A DNA stretch of 64,000 nucleotides from assembly GCF_055900595.2 (NCBI RefSeq), contig NZ_CM148325.1; one strand, 5' to 3'. Position 1 is the first letter of the stretch. Each line of letters opens with the position of its first letter. A model generated the notes under the pieces. It was not told where the DNA came from. It saw only the letters and a program-made list of their open reading frames with translations, and did not search any database. This document shows, piece after piece, positions 18,774-31,584 of the stretch. Both the position numbers and the translations under genes were made by a program.

Positions 18774-20126
18774 TTAACGCATGGTAACGAACTCTTCTGC
18801 CGCCGTTGGGTGAATGGCGACGGTATTGTCGAAGTCTTTTTTGGTTGCGCCCATCTTCAGCGCCACTGCGAAGCCCTGCAACATTTCATCCATACCAAAG
18901 CCAATGCCGTGAATACCGACAATCTTCTCTTCCGGTCCAACGCACACCAGTTTCATGCGGCACGGCTGGCGGTGCGTGGTGACTGCGGTATACATCGCGG
19001 TGAAAGAGGATTTATACACTTTCACCTGATCGTCGCCGTACTGCTCGCGCGCCTGCGGTTCCGTTAAACCAACAGTACCAATCGGCGGATGACTGAAGAC
19101 CACGGTCGGAATGTTGCTGTAATCCAGATGCTCATCCGGCTTGTTATTAAACAGGCGTTCAGAGAGGCGGCGGCCTGCTGCAACTGCCACCGGTGTCAGT
19201 TCCACTGCGCCCGTGTTATCGCCCACCGCGTAAATACCTTCAACGTTGGTATTTTGATATTTATCGACGACGATATAGCCTTTTTCGTTAGTTTTAACGC
19301 CAGCGGCTTCCAGGTTGATGTTGTCATTGGCAGGTTCGCGACCAATCGCCCAAATCAGGCAATCCACCGTTTCACTGCGACCATCTTCCAGCTCCAGCGT
19401 CAGGCTGCCATCAGCATTTTTCACGACCGCTTTCGGGATGGCGTTGGTGTGCAACTGCGGACCTTCGGCGTTCATCACTTCGACCAGCGTTTCAGAGATC
19501 ATCGGGTCGAAGCTGCGCAGCGGCGCATGTTTACGAACAAACAGATGCGTCTTTGCGCCGAGGCCGTTAATCACACCCGCCAGTTCAACGGCGATGTAAC
19601 CCGCGCCAACAACCGCTACACGCTCTGGCAAAGCAGGAAGGGCGAAGAAGCCATCGGAATCAATACCGTATTCCACGCCCGGAATATCCGGGTGGCTCGG
19701 GCGACCGCCGGTGGCGATCAGGATATGATCGGCCGTGATGGTTTCGCCGTTTACTTCAATGGTTTTGGCATCAACGAAGCGGGCAAAGCCTTTGATTACA
19801 TCAACGTTATTTTTACCGAGCACGTTTTCATAGGAGGTATGAATACGGTCGATATAGGCGGTACGGCTGGCGATCAACGTTTCCCAGTTGAACTTATTGA
19901 TGGTGGTATCAAAGCCATAATCCGGGCCGTACATGTTGATCGCTTCACGGATTTGCGCCGCGTGCCACATCACTTTTTTCGGCACGCAGCCAACATTCAC
20001 GCAGGTGCCGCCCAGTTCTTTGGCTTCAATCAGCGCGCATTTCTGACCGTACATAGCCGCGCGGTTGATGGAGGCGATACCGCCGCTGCCGCCGCCGATG
20101 GCGATGTAATCATAGTGTTTAGTCAT
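18774..20126 (-). CDS. gor: Glutathione reductase
   Basis: 450 aa ORF with FAD-binding GGGSGG and redox-active disulfide [13 protein letters not shown]. Confidence 0.97.
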   Translation of the reverse strand: MTKHYDYIAIGGGSGGIASINRAAMYGQKCALIEAKELGGTCVNVGCVPKKVMWHAAQIREAINMYGPDYGFDTTINKFNWETLIASRTAYIDRIHTSYENVLGKNNVDVIKGFARFVDAKTIEVNGETITADHILIATGGRPSHPDIPGVEYGIDSDGFFALPALPERVAVVGAGYIAVELAGVINGLGAKTHLFVRKHAPLRSFDPMISETLVEVMNAEGPQLHTNAIPKAVVKNADGSLTLELEDGRSETVDCLIWAIGREPANDNINLEAAGVKTNEKGYIVVDKYQNTNVEGIYAVGDNTGAVELTPVAVAAGRRLSERLFNNKPDEHLDYSNIPTVVFSHPPIGTVGLTEPQAREQYGDDQVKVYKSSFTAMYTAVTTHRQPCRMKLVCVGPEEKIVGIHGIGFGMDEMLQGFAVALKMGATKKDFDNTVAIHPTAAEEFVTMR

Positions 20127-20197
20127 GACATATTGTCCTTATCGTTGATTACCGCGATTGTAGCGCGAGACGTAATAGGTGCCAGCAATGGCTGCAA

Positions 20198-21040
20198 TTA
20201 CTCTGGCACGATCCAGCTTACGGTGGCATGTCCGGTGCCAGCCGGAACCAGTTTGCTATGCAACCACGGCAACACGTTATTCATCTGCTGTTCCAGCTTC
20301 CACGGCGGGTTAATCACAATCATGCCGGAAGCGGTCATGCCACGGCGATCGCTGTCTGGCAATACCGCCAGTTCAATTTGCATAATCTTGCGAATACCGG
20401 TCGCTTCCAGATCGTGGATCATGCGCTTGATTTGCTGACGCAGCACCACTGGATACCACAGCGCGTAGACGCCTGTGGCAAAACGTTTATACCCCTCGTT
20501 AATGCCGCTGACCACCGCCTGATAGTCGGTTTTCATTTCATACGGCGGGTCGATAAGGATTAAACCACGGCGAGAAACCGGCGGCAGCTTGGCTTTAAGC
20601 TGCTGGAAACCGTCGGCTTTTTCCACGCGCGCACGGCTGTCTTTCTGAAATTCAGCACGCAGCAACGGGAAATCGCTCGGGTGCAGCTCGGTCAGTTGCA
20701 GACTGTCCTGCTCGCGCAGTAGCTGGCGAGCAATCAACGGCGAACCTGGGTAGTAACGTAACTGCCCGCTACGGTTAAAATGTTCCACCACGCTGATGTA
20801 CGGTTCCAGCTCCGCAGGCAGATCGTCCTGCTGCCAGATACGGGCGATACCTTCGAGATATTCGCCGGTACGCTCGGCATGTTCACTGCCTAACTGATAA
20901 CGCCCCGCACCCGCGTGGGTATCCAGATAGAGAAACGGTTTATCTTTCTCTTTCAGTGACTCGATGATCAGGCTCTGAACGGTATGTTTAAGAACGTCGG
21001 CGTGGTTGCCAGCGTGAAAGCTGTGGCGATAACTGAGCAT
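20198..21040 (-). CDS. rlmJ: 23S rRNA adenine N6-methyltransferase RlmJ (YhiR)
   Basis: ORF 20198-21091 trimmed to ATG at 21040 (MLSYRHSFHAGNHADVLKH..); DPPY catalytic motif present. Confidence 0.9.
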   Translation of the reverse strand: MLSYRHSFHAGNHADVLKHTVQSLIIESLKEKDKPFLYLDTHAGAGRYQLGSEHAERTGEYLEGIARIWQQDDLPAELEPYISVVEHFNRSGQLRYYPGSPLIARQLLREQDSLQLTELHPSDFPLLRAEFQKDSRARVEKADGFQQLKAKLPPVSRRGLILIDPPYEMKTDYQAVVSGINEGYKRFATGVYALWYPVVLRQQIKRMIHDLEATGIRKIMQIELAVLPDSDRRGMTASGMIVINPPWKLEQQMNNVLPWLHSKLVPAGTGHATVSWIVPE

Positions 21041-21242
21041 GGGTAAAGGTGTTCCGGTAAGTAAAAATCGGCCCGTATTCGGGGCGCACAAAAGCCTATC
21101 AGGACAGTATACCGAAAAGAGGCCGTCGCCGCGAAAGCGTAACGTTTCTCATTGAAATTCACTACACTTAACCCCATGCTACACACATTATGTAAAGCGC
21201 CTGTTGAGCGCTTCCTTAACCTCTTTAACCAGGACTGCGCTA

Positions 21243-23285
21243 ATGACGAATCCGTTACTGACTCCCTTTGAATTGCCTCCGTTTTCTAAAATTCTCCCGG
21301 AACATGTCGTTCCAGCCGTGACGAAGGCATTGAATGACTGCCGTGAAAATGTGGAGCGCGTAGTAGCGCAAGGGGCACCGTACACCTGGGAAAATCTCTG
21401 CCAGCCGCTGGCGGAAGTGGACGATGTGTTGGGGCGTATCTTCTCCCCGGTCAGCCACCTGAACTCGGTGAAAAATAGCCCGGAACTGCGTGAAGCCTAC
21501 GAACAAACCCTGCCGCTGCTGTCAGAATACAGCACCTGGGTAGGGCAACATGAAGGGCTGTATAAAGCGTACCGCGATCTGCGCGATGGCGATCATTACG
21601 CCACGCTGAATACGGCGCAGAAGAAAGCGGTTGATAACGCCCTGCGTGATTTTGAACTCTCTGGCATCGGTCTGCCGAAAGAGAAACAGCAACGCTACGG
21701 CGAAATTGCTACCCGTCTTTCCGAACTGGGCAACCAGTACAGCAACAACGTCCTTGATGCGACGATGGGCTGGACCAAACTCGTTACCGACGAAGCGGAA
21801 CTGGCGGGTATGCCAGAAAGCGCGCTGGCGGCGGCAAAAGCCCAGGCCGAAGCGAAAGAACTGGAAGGCTACTTGCTGACGCTGGATATCCCAAGCTATT
21901 TGCCGGTAATGACCTACTGCGACAACCAGGCCTTGCGTGAAGAGATGTATCGCGCTTACAGCACTCGCGCTTCCGATCAAGGCCCGAACGCCGGTAAGTG
22001 GGACAATAGCAAGGTGATGGAAGAGATCCTCGCTCTGCGTCACGAACTGGCGCAACTGCTGGGCTTTGAAAACTACGCCTTTAAATCTCTGGCTACCAAA
22101 ATGGCGGAGAACCCGCAGCAGGTGCTTGATTTCTTAACCGATCTGGCAAAACGCGCCCGTCCGCAGGGTGAAAAAGAGCTGGCACAGCTGCGCACCTTCG
22201 CCAAAGCCGAATTTGGCGTCGATGAGTTGCAGCCGTGGGATATCGCATACTACAGCGAAAAACAGAAACAGCACCTCTACAGCATCAGCGACGAACAGCT
22301 GCGTCCGTACTTCCCGGAAAACAAAGCGGTTAACGGCTTGTTTGAAGTGGTGAAACGTATTTACGGCATCACCGCTAAAGAGCGCAAAGATGTTGATGTC
22401 TGGCATCCGGATGTCCGTTTCTTCGAACTGTATGACGAGAACAACGAACTGCGCGGCAGCTTCTACCTCGACCTCTATGCCCGTGAGAACAAGCGCGGCG
22501 GGGCGTGGATGGATGACTGCGTAGGCCAGATGCGTAAAGCCGACGGTTCGCTGCAAAAACCGGTCGCTTACCTGACATGTAACTTCAACCGCCCGGTGAA
22601 TGGTAAACCGGCGCTGTTTACGCATGACGAAGTAATCACGCTGTTCCACGAGTTCGGTCATGGCCTGCATCATATGCTGACCCGCATTGAAACCGCCGGT
22701 GTATCCGGGATCAGCGGGGTACCGTGGGATGCGGTCGAACTGCCGAGCCAGTTTATGGAAAACTGGTGCTGGGAGCCGGAGGCGCTGGCGTTTATCTCCG
22801 GTCACTATGAGACTGGCGAACCGCTGCCGAAAGAACTGCTGGATAAAATGCTGGCGGCGAAGAACTACCAGGCGGCGCTGTTTATTCTGCGTCAGCTGGA
22901 GTTCGGCCTGTTCGATTTCCGTCTACATGCAGAATTCCGTCCGGATCAGGGGGCGAAAATCCTCGAAACTCTGGCAGAAATCAAGAAGCTGGTTGCCGTG
23001 GTACCGTCTCCGTCATGGGGCCGTTTCCCGCACGCTTTCAGCCATATTTTCGCCGGTGGTTATGCGGCAGGTTACTACAGCTACCTGTGGGCTGACGTAC
23101 TGGCGGCAGATGCCTTCTCACGCTTTGAGGAAGAGGGTATTTTCAACCGAGAAACCGGGCAGTCGTTCCTCGACAACATTCTGAGCCGTGGCGGTTCAGA
23201 AGAGCCGATGGATCTGTTCAAACGCTTCCGTGGGCGTGAACCGCAACTGGATGCGATGCTGGAGCATTACGGCATTAAGGGCTGA
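21243..23285 (+). CDS. prlC: Oligopeptidase A (M3 zinc metallopeptidase)
   Basis: ORF 21204-23285 trimmed to ATG 21243 ([13 protein letters not shown]..); HEFGH zinc-binding motif. Confidence 0.95.
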   Translation: MTNPLLTPFELPPFSKILPEHVVPAVTKALNDCRENVERVVAQGAPYTWENLCQPLAEVDDVLGRIFSPVSHLNSVKNSPELREAYEQTLPLLSEYSTWVGQHEGLYKAYRDLRDGDHYATLNTAQKKAVDNALRDFELSGIGLPKEKQQRYGEIATRLSELGNQYSNNVLDATMGWTKLVTDEAELAGMPESALAAAKAQAEAKELEGYLLTLDIPSYLPVMTYCDNQALREEMYRAYSTRASDQGPNAGKWDNSKVMEEILALRHELAQLLGFENYAFKSLATKMAENPQQVLDFLTDLAKRARPQGEKELAQLRTFAKAEFGVDELQPWDIAYYSEKQKQHLYSISDEQLRPYFPENKAVNGLFEVVKRIYGITAKERKDVDVWHPDVRFFELYDENNELRGSFYLDLYARENKRGGAWMDDCVGQMRKADGSLQKPVAYLTCNFNRPVNGKPALFTHDEVITLFHEFGHGLHHMLTRIETAGVSGISGVPWDAVELPSQFMENWCWEPEALAFISGHYETGEPLPKELLDKMLAAKNYQAALFILRQLEFGLFDFRLHAEFRPDQGAKILETLAEIKKLVAVVPSPSWGRFPHAFSHIFAGGYAAGYYSYLWADVLAADAFSRFEEEGIFNRETGQSFLDNILSRGGSEEPMDLFKRFRGREPQLDAMLEHYGIKG

Positions 23286-23292
23286 TCATTCA

Positions 23293-24045
23293 GTGAAAAT
23301 CTGTTTAATTGATGAAACAGGCGCCGGAGACGGCGCCTTATCTGTTCTGGCGTCCCGCTGGGGGCTGGAGCACGATGAAGACAACCTGATGGCGCTGGTG
23401 TTAACGCCGGAACATCTGGAATTGCGCAAGCGTGATGAGCCAAAACTTGGCGGCATCTTTGTTGATTTTGTTGGCGGAGCGATGGCGCATCGTCGCAAAT
23501 TCGGCGGTGGTCGTGGTGAGGCGGTGGCGAAAGCGGTGGGCATTAAAGGCGATTATTTGCCGGATGTCGTCGATGCCACCGCAGGACTGGGGCGCGATGC
23601 CTTTGTGCTGGCTTCTGTAGGTTGTCGTGTACGGATGCTGGAGCGTAATCCGGTGGTTGCTGCATTGCTCGACGACGGCCTGGCGCGTGGTTATGCGGAT
23701 GCGGAAATCGGCGGCTGGTTGCAGGAGCGTTTGCAATTAATTCACGCCTCCAGCCTGACGGCGCTGACTGATATTACCCCACGCCCGCAGGTGGTCTATC
23801 TCGACCCGATGTTCCCGCATAAGCAGAAAAGCGCGCTGGTGAAAAAAGAGATGCGCGTGTTCCAGTCGCTGGTGGGGCCGGATCTCGACGCTGATGGATT
23901 GCTGGAGCCTGCACGCTTGCTGGCGACCAAACGCGTGGTGGTAAAGCGCCCGGACTACGCGCCACCGCTGGCGAATGTCGCCACGCCAAACGCGGTAGTT
24001 ACCAAAGGGCATCGCTTTGATATTTATGCAGGTACGCCGGTGTGA
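23293..24045 (+). CDS. rsmJ: 16S rRNA methyltransferase RsmJ (YhiQ), GTG start
   Basis: Frame of ORF 23188-24045; start placed at GTG 23293 ([16 protein letters not shown]..) just after the prlC stop. Confidence 0.85.
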   Translation: MKICLIDETGAGDGALSVLASRWGLEHDEDNLMALVLTPEHLELRKRDEPKLGGIFVDFVGGAMAHRRKFGGGRGEAVAKAVGIKGDYLPDVVDATAGLGRDAFVLASVGCRVRMLERNPVVAALLDDGLARGYADAEIGGWLQERLQLIHASSLTALTDITPRPQVVYLDPMFPHKQKSALVKKEMRVFQSLVGPDLDADGLLEPARLLATKRVVVKRPDYAPPLANVATPNAVVTKGHRFDIYAGTPV

Positions 24046-24093
24046 AAGTAAAGCAGGGTAGTGTTATTGCTACCCTGTGTTCTGCAAGAATAA

Positions 24094-25563
24094 TTAATGG
24101 CTTTCCGGCGTCTCAATCATGCGTTTTAGCCACGGCACCATCAACAGCATCACTACTGCAACGCCCAGCGTAACCAGGCCAATTTTACCAAACACGCTGG
24201 TATAGACGGGCAACGTCTCAAGCGGATCGGTAATGTTGTCTGGTACTGCGGTAAATGTTGCCACATAGCCGCCAAGCAAGAACGCGGCAGCTTGCGTCAG
24301 GAACCACATCCCGAGAATAAAGCCCATCAAATGCTGCGGCACCAGGGCAGCAATCATCGCCAGGCCAAGGGCACTAATAAACAGTTCACCTAAACTCTGG
24401 AATAAGTAAACCAGCACGATAAACCATGGTGATGTCAGCCCTTGTGCATCAGCAAACCACATTCCCGCAGCTGCAGCCGTCAAAAAGCCCAGCGAGCACA
24501 TAAACATACCGAGAGTAAATTTCATCGGCATCGAGAGGTCTTTGCCTTTGTTACCCAAATGCGTGTAGATACCTGCCAGTATTGGGCTGGCGAGTACCAC
24601 CCAGAACGGGTTAAGCGCCTGGAAGCTGACCGGGTTGATGGAAAAGCCGAGAATTTCATGATGCACGTTGTTGATGGCAAAGAAGTTCAGCGACGTTGGC
24701 ATCTGGGCGTAGAGAATGTAAAACACCACCGCTTCGAGCATCAGGACAAAGGCAACAAACATTTTATTGCGCCCGGTTTTATCCAGCTTGAATGCCTGAC
24801 GAAAGAAGATGATGGTGACGACGATGGAGAGAACAATCAGCACCAGATTGGCGACTTCTACGTTGTGCATCAGCCATGCACAGACGAAGATCATCACCAC
24901 GCTGCCAAGTAATACGTACAACAGTTTGCTGAAGCTCATCGGCTTGAAGTCGGGTTCAGAACCAATGTTTTTCACCATTCCACGACAGGCGATGTAAACC
25001 AGTAGCGCGATAATTAACCCCGCACCGCACAGGTTGTAGGTAACAGAATAACCGAATCTATCAGCGATCACGGGGGCCAGCGATAACGCTATCAACGAGC
25101 CGATATTGATCGACATATAGAATAGGGTGAATGCGCCATCAAGCCGTGGATCTTTCGGCGGATAGCACTTCGAAAGCAAGCTGGCGGGGTTAGCTTTAAA
25201 CAGGCCGTTACCGACAGCGATAGTGCCCAGGGCGATGAAAATCAGGTCAGGCTTAAGTAGCGACATGCCGGTCATGAAGTAGCCAATCGCCAGCACAAGT
25301 GCTCCGAGAACAATGGTACGTTTGGTCCCCAGCAGGTGGTCGCCGACATAGCCGCCAATGGAAATGAGGCCATAGACCAGCGCAGCAAACGCACCAAAAG
25401 TGACAAAAGCCTGCTCTTGCGAGAATCCAAGCTGTTTAACGAAGAAAACCGCCAGTACGCCCTGCACGCCGTAGTAGCCGAATCGCTCCCATAACTCGAC
25501 AAAAAAGATCATGAAAAATGGGCGAGGTTGCTGCAGCATCCCCATGGGTGTTGTTGTATTCAT
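24094..25563 (-). CDS. dtpB: Proton-dependent di/tripeptide permease (POT family)
   Basis: 489 aa polytopic [35 protein letters not shown] (POT family signature). Confidence 0.93.
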   Translation of the reverse strand: MNTTTPMGMLQQPRPFFMIFFVELWERFGYYGVQGVLAVFFVKQLGFSQEQAFVTFGAFAALVYGLISIGGYVGDHLLGTKRTIVLGALVLAIGYFMTGMSLLKPDLIFIALGTIAVGNGLFKANPASLLSKCYPPKDPRLDGAFTLFYMSINIGSLIALSLAPVIADRFGYSVTYNLCGAGLIIALLVYIACRGMVKNIGSEPDFKPMSFSKLLYVLLGSVVMIFVCAWLMHNVEVANLVLIVLSIVVTIIFFRQAFKLDKTGRNKMFVAFVLMLEAVVFYILYAQMPTSLNFFAINNVHHEILGFSINPVSFQALNPFWVVLASPILAGIYTHLGNKGKDLSMPMKFTLGMFMCSLGFLTAAAAGMWFADAQGLTSPWFIVLVYLFQSLGELFISALGLAMIAALVPQHLMGFILGMWFLTQAAAFLLGGYVATFTAVPDNITDPLETLPVYTSVFGKIGLVTLGVAVVMLLMVPWLKRMIETPESH

Positions 25564-25778
25564 ATTTATTAACCTTCCAATACCATCCTGAAAAGTATGA
25601 ACGCGTAAGGGATAACGCGCGAAAAAGTTTACATCTGTCAGAGATTCTTAATATTGATGCGGTGAATAGATTAATACACTATTACAACAGAAAATAACCA
25701 GCTGATCACACTAATGATGGAAAATATGATGGTGTTAAATGTTGTATTGGCTGGGGATTTTGATTGCGTACGCAGATC

Positions 25779-25812
25779 GTAGGCCTGATAAGGCGTATAC
25801 GCTGCATCAGGT
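25779..25812. repeat. REP element
   Basis: gtaggcctgataaggcgtatacgctgcatcaggt, REP-type palindrome in the dtpB-uspA intergenic. Confidence 0.5.
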
Positions 25813-25821
25813 AACAAGGCG

Positions 25822-25854
25822 CGCCAAAAAGCAAAACGCCCGCATATGCGGGCG
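25822..25854 (-). terminator. uspA rho-independent terminator
   Basis: Palindromic stem cgcccgcatatgcgggcg; on the minus strand it is followed by a T-rich run (gttttgcttttt); 27 bp downstream of the uspA stop. Confidence 0.6.
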
Positions 25855-25880
25855 TTCAGGCACACGTCGTGGAGGGAAGA

Positions 25881-26315
25881 TTATTCTTCTTCGTCGCGCA
25901 GCGGAACAATCAGCATATCAACGTGAACGGTGTTGATCAGCTGACGTGCGGAAGACATCAGTTTGCTCCAGAAGTCCTGGTGGTGACCACAAACCACCAG
26001 ATCCATATCGTATTTCTTGATTGCATCGACCAGAACCTGGCCCAGATCGCCGCTGCCGCTCAGGGTTTCAGTGATTGGGTAGCCTGCATTAGTAGAAAGC
26101 TCGGTCAGCGCATGATGTGTCTCTTCAGAGATGCGTTTCTGCATATCACCCAGATTCACATCAATAAGCCCGGTGTATAGGTCAGAGTAGTTTACATCTA
26201 CGTGGATCAGAGAAACTTTCGCATTGTAGGGGCGAGCCATAGAGACTGCTTTCTCTACCAGAACTTTGCTTTCCGGGGAGAGATCGACCGCGATGAGAAT
26301 GTGTTTATAAGCCAT
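25881..26315 (-). CDS. uspA: Universal stress protein A
   Basis: 144 aa [27 protein letters not shown].. Confidence 0.97.
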
Positions 26316-26705
26316 AGTGTTACTCCTTCCATAAAGTTGTCGATGACTGGCCAGCTAGCGTTTCTTGTGCCGTTACGTCACCCGCGTCCTGCGAACTACG
26401 TGCGCGGGGCTAACCCAGCCGTAAAGATTCAGTGTTAAGACCATCCTTACCTTATAGCGACCCGGATGATCCGTCAATCCGCCTTGCTTACCCGTTAGAT
26501 AAACAAATTTTCGGCATGAATATATTGATAGTGGTTAACCTTCTGGAAAAAAAACAACCTGATCTCCTACACTATCTATAGAGCCGCTCGGATGTTGGTC
26601 ACCACAAAAGCGGTTTCTCCAGGACCTGGTGTTAACTGATTGGCAGCGTATCGGGAGCGGTAGCCCCGGGGTGGAACTCCGCGGGCAGGTCGCCGGGGAG
26701 GAGGT
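26316..26705. promoter_or_regulatory. uspA / uspB divergent promoter region
   Basis: 390-bp intergenic between divergent starts; individual sites not resolved. Confidence 0.45.
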
Positions 26706-27041
26706 ATGATAAGCACCGTCGCATTATTTTGGGCTTTATGTGTCGTTTGCATTGTTAACATGGCGCGCTATTTCTCATCACTACGCGCGTTGTTAGTGGT
26801 ACTGCGTAACTGCGATCCATTGCTCTATCAATATGTGGATGGGGGGGGCTTTTTTACCTCACATGGCCAACCCAACAAACAGGTGCGTCTCGTTTGGTAT
26901 ATCTATGCCCAACGTTATCGCGATCATCACGATGATGAGTTTATTCGCCGCTGTGAGCGGGTGCGTCGGCAGTTTATTCTGACCAGCGCATTGTGTGGTC
27001 TGGTGGTGGTCAGTCTGATTGCATTGATGATTTGGCATTAA
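26706..27041 (+). CDS. uspB: Universal stress protein B (small membrane protein)
   Basis: 111 aa [33 protein letters not shown].. with two hydrophobic segments; GGAGG RBS. Confidence 0.95.
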
Positions 27042-27064
27042 GCACTTCAGCAAAAATAACGCAT

Positions 27065-27093
27065 AAAAAAAGCGGGCCAGCAAACTGACCCGC
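27065..27093 (-). terminator. Strong rho-independent terminator, probably ending the pitA transcript after the BIME
   Basis: On the minus strand: 9-bp stem gcgggucag / cuggcccgc (one G-U), 4-nt loop, followed by seven T. Confidence 0.55.
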
Positions 27094-27116
27094 TCGAGAC
27101 TGATTACAAACGCAAA

Positions 27117-27218
27117 ATTGCCTGATGCGCTACGCTTATCAGGCCTACATAATCTCTGCAATCTATTAAATTTGCATGTTTTTGTAGGCTGGATAAGGCG
27201 TTCACGCCGCATCCGGCA
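27117..27218. repeat. BIME: two inverted REP elements
   Basis: attgcctgatgcgctacgcttatcaggcctac and gtaggctggataaggcgttcacgccgcatccggca; closely resembles the REP region at 15621-15713. Confidence 0.55.
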
Positions 27219-27285
27219 TGAACAAAGCGCACTATGTCAACAATCTGAAGCGGGCCAGCTGACCCGCTCGTTTTGGTGCGTGCGA

Positions 27286-28785
27286 TTACAGGAACTGCAA
27301 GGAGAGCCAGTAAAGCCCGCCGGAAAGCAGTACCGCAGCCGGAAGGGTAAACACCCAGGCCATCAGAATACTGGTCACGGTTTTACGCTGTAAGCCGCCG
27401 CCATCTACCACCATCGTCCCCGCGACAGAAGAGGAGAGTACGTGGGTAGTGGAAACCGGCATCCCGGTATAACTCGCCAGGCCGATAGACACTGCTGCAG
27501 TCATCTGGGCAGACATCCCCTGAGCGTAGGTCATGCCTTTCTTACCGATTTTCTCACCGATAGTCGTTGCCACACGACGCCAGCCAATCATCGTACCGAT
27601 ACCTAACGCCAGCGCGACCGCCATGATGATCCACACCGGCGCATACTCGATGGTGCTAAGCATGTCGGACTTCAGTTTCTTCAACAGGCGCTGATCGTCT
27701 GCACTCACGCCAGGCATCTTCACCACTTTGTCGATAGTGTCAGAAACGCACAGCATAATGCGGCGCATCTGGCTACGTTGATCAAGCGACAGCTTGTCGT
27801 AGCTTTCCACATCAGTAGTCAACATGCCTTTCAGGCGGTTGAGCGCGTTAATGGTATTCGACGGATGGCAATGGAACTCCGCAGGTTGCGTTGCGCCAGC
27901 TTCCGGAGCCGGTACTAACTGATCAGCACCGGTAGCCTGTTTCAGCAGCGCAGGGTGCTGCTCAAAGTAAGCTTCCACGTTGTTGATGGCATCACGGGTA
28001 CGGGTGATTTCGTAGCCAGTAGCATTCATGTTCACCACGAAGCCTGCTGGTGCGACGCCAATCAATACCAACATAACCAGACCAATGCCTTTCTGACCAT
28101 CGTTCGCGCCGTGCGAAAACGCCACGCCGATAGCGGAAAGGATCAGCGCAATACGCGTCCAGAACGGCGGCTTTTTCTTGCCGTCTTTCTTTTCACGCTC
28201 CGCTGGGGTCAGGTGGATACGGGCGCGTTTCTTGGTGCCGCTCCAGTAGCGGCGCAGCAAGAAAATCAGACCGCCAGCAAACACCAGGCCGACAATAGGG
28301 GAAACGATCAGAGAACCGAAAATACTTAATACTTTCGGGATATTGAGTGCATCCACCACTGACGTCCCGGTCATCAACGCATTGGTTAAACCAATCCCGA
28401 TGATCGCGCCAATCAGCGTATGAGAGCTGGATGCAGGTAAACCAAAGTACCAGGTACCCAGGTTCCAGATAATCGCCGCCAGCAACATAGAGAACACCAT
28501 GGCAAGGCCATGAGACGATCCCATATTAAGCAGCAGATCCGTCGGCAGCATATGCACAATGGCATAGGCAACACTCAGACCACCCAGCAAAACACCCAAA
28601 AAGTTGAATACCGCCGCCATAACCACGGCGAGCTGAGAACGCATCGCGCGGGTATAGATAACGGTTGCCACGGCGTTGGCTGTGTCATGGAAACCATTGA
28701 TGGCTTCGTAGAACAGCACAAAAGCCAGTGCAAGCAATAATAACAGCCCGGTATGCAAATCCAGGCCAGCAAACAAATGTAGCAT
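27286..28785 (-). CDS. pitA: Low-affinity inorganic phosphate transporter
   Basis: 499 aa polytopic [48 protein letters not shown] (PHO4-family signature). Confidence 0.95.
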
Positions 28786-29016
28786 AGGACGTTACGCCAT
28801 TTTGAGGACATGAACGCGGCGCATTATCAGTGACTTTCGCGGCGCGGGCAAAGTGAAATATAGACTTTTTTTGATTTGCCTCCTGTATGGATTTCACTCA
28901 AAAAATAATTATCTTATATAATTCAGGCAAATACTTCCTTTTAGTAATATTGATGCTGGTGCGACCACTGAGGAATCTTTACAATTCACGCCCGTTTTTT
29001 CTTAGAGGAGCGCAAC

Positions 29017-30219
29017 GTGGAAAGGTTTGATGCCATTATTATAGGCGCTGGTGCGGCGGGTATGTTCTGTTCTGCGCTGGCAGGTCAGGCAGGACGCCGG
29101 GTTCTGCTGATCGATAATGGTAAAAAACCAGGGCGCAAAATCCTCATGTCTGGCGGTGGGCGCTGCAACTTTACCAACCTTTATGTCGAACCGGGCGCTT
29201 ATCTGAGCCAGAATCCGCATTTTTGTAAGTCTGCACTCGCGCGTTTTACCCAGTGGGATTTCATTGATCTGGTCAATAAACACGGCATTGCCTGGCACGA
29301 GAAAACGTTAGGGCAACTCTTCTGTGATGACTCCGCGCAGCAGATTGTCGACATGCTGGTGGATGAGTGCGAGAAGGGCAATGTGACCTTTAGATTGCGT
29401 AGCGAAGTGCTGAGCGTGGCGAAGGATGATACAGGCTTCATGCTTGAACTGAACGGCATGACTGTCGGTTGCGAAAAGCTGGTCATCGCGACCGGTGGAC
29501 TGTCAATGCCAGGGCTGGGCGCGTCGCCGTTTGGTTATAAGATTGCCGAACAATTTGGCCTCAACGTGCTGCCGACCCGCGCGGGTCTGGTGCCATTCAC
29601 TCTGCATAAACCGTTGCTCGAAGAGTTACAGGTGCTGGCAGGCGTGGCGGTGCCTTCCGTGATTACCGCTGAAAACGGCACCGTTTTCCGTGAGAACTTA
29701 CTCTTCACCCACCGCGGCTTATCTGGACCGGCGGTGTTGCAGATTTCCAGCTACTGGCAACCGGGGGAATTTGTCAGCATCAATCTGCTACCGGATGTGG
29801 ACCTCGAAACCTTCCTGAATGAGCAGCGTAACGCACATCCGAATCAGAGCCTGAAAAACACACTGGCGGTTCATCTACCGAAGCGGTTGGTTGAACGCTT
29901 ACAGCAACTTGGGCAAATCCCGGATGTTTCGCTAAAACAGCTCAACGTGCGTGACCAACAGGCACTGATTAGCACATTGACCGACTGGCGCGTACAACCC
30001 AACGGCACTGAAGGCTATCGCACTGCCGAAGTGACGCTCGGCGGCGTGGATACCAACGAACTCTCTTCACGGACGATGGAAGCGCGCAAAGTGCCTGGGC
30101 TGTACTTCATCGGTGAAGTGATGGACGTCACTGGTTGGCTGGGAGGCTATAACTTCCAGTGGGCGTGGTCGAGTGCGTGGGCTTGTGCGCAGGATTTGAT
30201 TGCAGCGAAGTCGTCCTGA
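29017..30219 (+). CDS. yhiN: FAD-dependent flavoprotein YhiN (HI0933 family), GTG start
   Basis: 400 aa ORF; N-terminal GAGAAG dinucleotide-binding motif; GAGGAG RBS upstream. Confidence 0.88.
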   Translation: MERFDAIIIGAGAAGMFCSALAGQAGRRVLLIDNGKKPGRKILMSGGGRCNFTNLYVEPGAYLSQNPHFCKSALARFTQWDFIDLVNKHGIAWHEKTLGQLFCDDSAQQIVDMLVDECEKGNVTFRLRSEVLSVAKDDTGFMLELNGMTVGCEKLVIATGGLSMPGLGASPFGYKIAEQFGLNVLPTRAGLVPFTLHKPLLEELQVLAGVAVPSVITAENGTVFRENLLFTHRGLSGPAVLQISSYWQPGEFVSINLLPDVDLETFLNEQRNAHPNQSLKNTLAVHLPKRLVERLQQLGQIPDVSLKQLNVRDQQALISTLTDWRVQPNGTEGYRTAEVTLGGVDTNELSSRTMEARKVPGLYFIGEVMDVTGWLGGYNFQWAWSSAWACAQDLIAAKSS

Positions 30220-30531
30220 CCTATTACCTAAAGATGAAAATTATTAGAGCCGCATTAAAAATGAGCTAATTTTGATAGTGGCTATCTTGTGATTATTTTC
30301 TAATGAGCCCGTGAACTGAACCCCCATGCTTAATATAAGGTGGAGGGAAAGGTGATTGAAAACTCACCCAGTGGGCTGATCTTTATAAAATATGAACAGG
30401 TTGAAAAAAACAGTAACTTTGCTGTTTTTTATACTTAACCACTATGCATTAATGCTGCGTTATTTCATTCTACCTAAGAAAAACCAGCGTTACGCAAATG
30501 GTCAACGCTGGTTTTATCCGGTACGTTGCAA

Positions 30532-31584
30532 TTATTTTTTAGCAGAACCCGCTTCTAATATTGAAACGATTGAGAACAACGTAAAGCATACCGCTCCCAA
30601 ACCGACCAGAACCCGCGAAGGAATAAAATACCCTATGTCGGTCTGCGCCATTTCCGCAAGAAACGATGCCAGGAAAAGGCAAAACAGGCAGGTGAAGACG
30701 GGAATCATCGGAATTCTGTTGGCTAACGAACAGGTACGTCTCCAGACCAGTGCCAGTAGCCAGACTTTTGAGAATATGCTGTAACAGATCATTCCGAGGC
30801 AAATGAGGATAATGCCGGGAGCCAGCCGAGCGCTTGCATCGGAACTGACTAAGACGTATATGCCCTGCAGCACTGTGATTGAGCCGAGGAAAATAACCCA
30901 ATAACACCACAGCCAGTGCTCTTTCGTTGAAAACGTATTACGTGTTTGATGGACGATTGTGGCAACAAGGCCAATTAGACAGGCACAGATTGCGGTTAAC
31001 CCAAGCAATACGTGACCAGCGACATAATGTGGGGTTATGTCGGCACTGCGTAACAGCGTTATCGACCAAATGAAACCGAGCAGGGTGAGTAACACGGGAA
31101 CGGCAATGAGGCAATTACCGATTAATGAAGAATAAGCCTGTACCGGTGTTCCGTCGCTCTTACTCCCCGCTGCGTTTTTAGGAATGAGCAGAAAGTGACC
31201 GGATGACGCTGCCACCGTCGATACACAGGCGGCAATCATACCAACGCCGAAAATCACATGACCGGCGACAAACTCGTCTGCCATCACATCATTGCCTGCT
31301 AACAGTGCCCAACCCCATATCATGGTGATAATTGACCCCGCATAGCCAATAATGGGGAACAATGTATTGTAAAACGTATTAACGCCGCGCGTGAGCTGCG
31401 AAATGATAATAAATGCGGTAGTGAATAATGCCAGGCATATGGCTGCCAGAGAAATGAGCACATGACCCGCGACGAAATATTCGCTTTGCCCTGAACTTTC
31501 CAGCACAAAGCCACCTAACGCGATACAAATCAAGCCCATAATTAAAGGGATTAATTTGAAAAGCCACCCGATATATATGTTCAC
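30532..31584 (-). CDS. yhiM: Inner membrane protein YhiM, GTG start
   Basis: ORF 30532-31683 trimmed to GTG at 31584 (VNIYIGWLFKLIPLIMGLICIALGG..) giving 350 aa; repeated FVAGHV / YVAGHVL membrane motifs. Confidence 0.8.
   Translation of the reverse strand: MNIYIGWLFKLIPLIMGLICIALGGFVLESSGQSEYFVAGHVLISLAAICLALFTTAFIIISQLTRGVNTFYNTLFPIIGYAGSIITMIWGWALLAGNDVMADEFVAGHVIFGVGMIAACVSTVAASSGHFLLIPKNAAGSKSDGTPVQAYSSLIGNCLIAVPVLLTLLGFIWSITLLRSADITPHYVAGHVLLGLTAICACLIGLVATIVHQTRNTFSTKEHWLWCYWVIFLGSITVLQGIYVLVSSDASARLAPGIILICLGMICYSIFSKVWLLALVWRRTCSLANRIPMIPVFTCLFCLFLASFLAEMAQTDIGYFIPSRVLVGLGAVCFTLFSIVSILEAGSAKK

Noticed and set aside
19089-20438. 449-aa plus-strand ORF lying entirely antisense to gor and rlmJ
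   Set aside because: Mirror-frame artefact of the gor coding strand; its translation is low-complexity (R/A/G-rich), it has no RBS, and it overlaps two well-supported genes.
21522-22805. Several 177-223-aa minus-strand ORFs inside prlC
   Set aside because: Antisense to a strongly supported, motif-bearing oligopeptidase gene; typical shadow ORFs in GC-rich coding DNA.
23188-23292. Long N-terminal extension of the rsmJ ORF overlapping the end of prlC
   Set aside because: The extended frame overlaps prlC by about 100 bp; a GTG at 23293 just after the prlC stop gives the expected protein start ([10 protein letters not shown]).
26576-26761. 61-aa minus-strand ORF in the uspA-uspB divergent promoter region
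   Set aside because: Overlaps the uspB start and the promoter region; Pro/Arg-rich translation without RBS.
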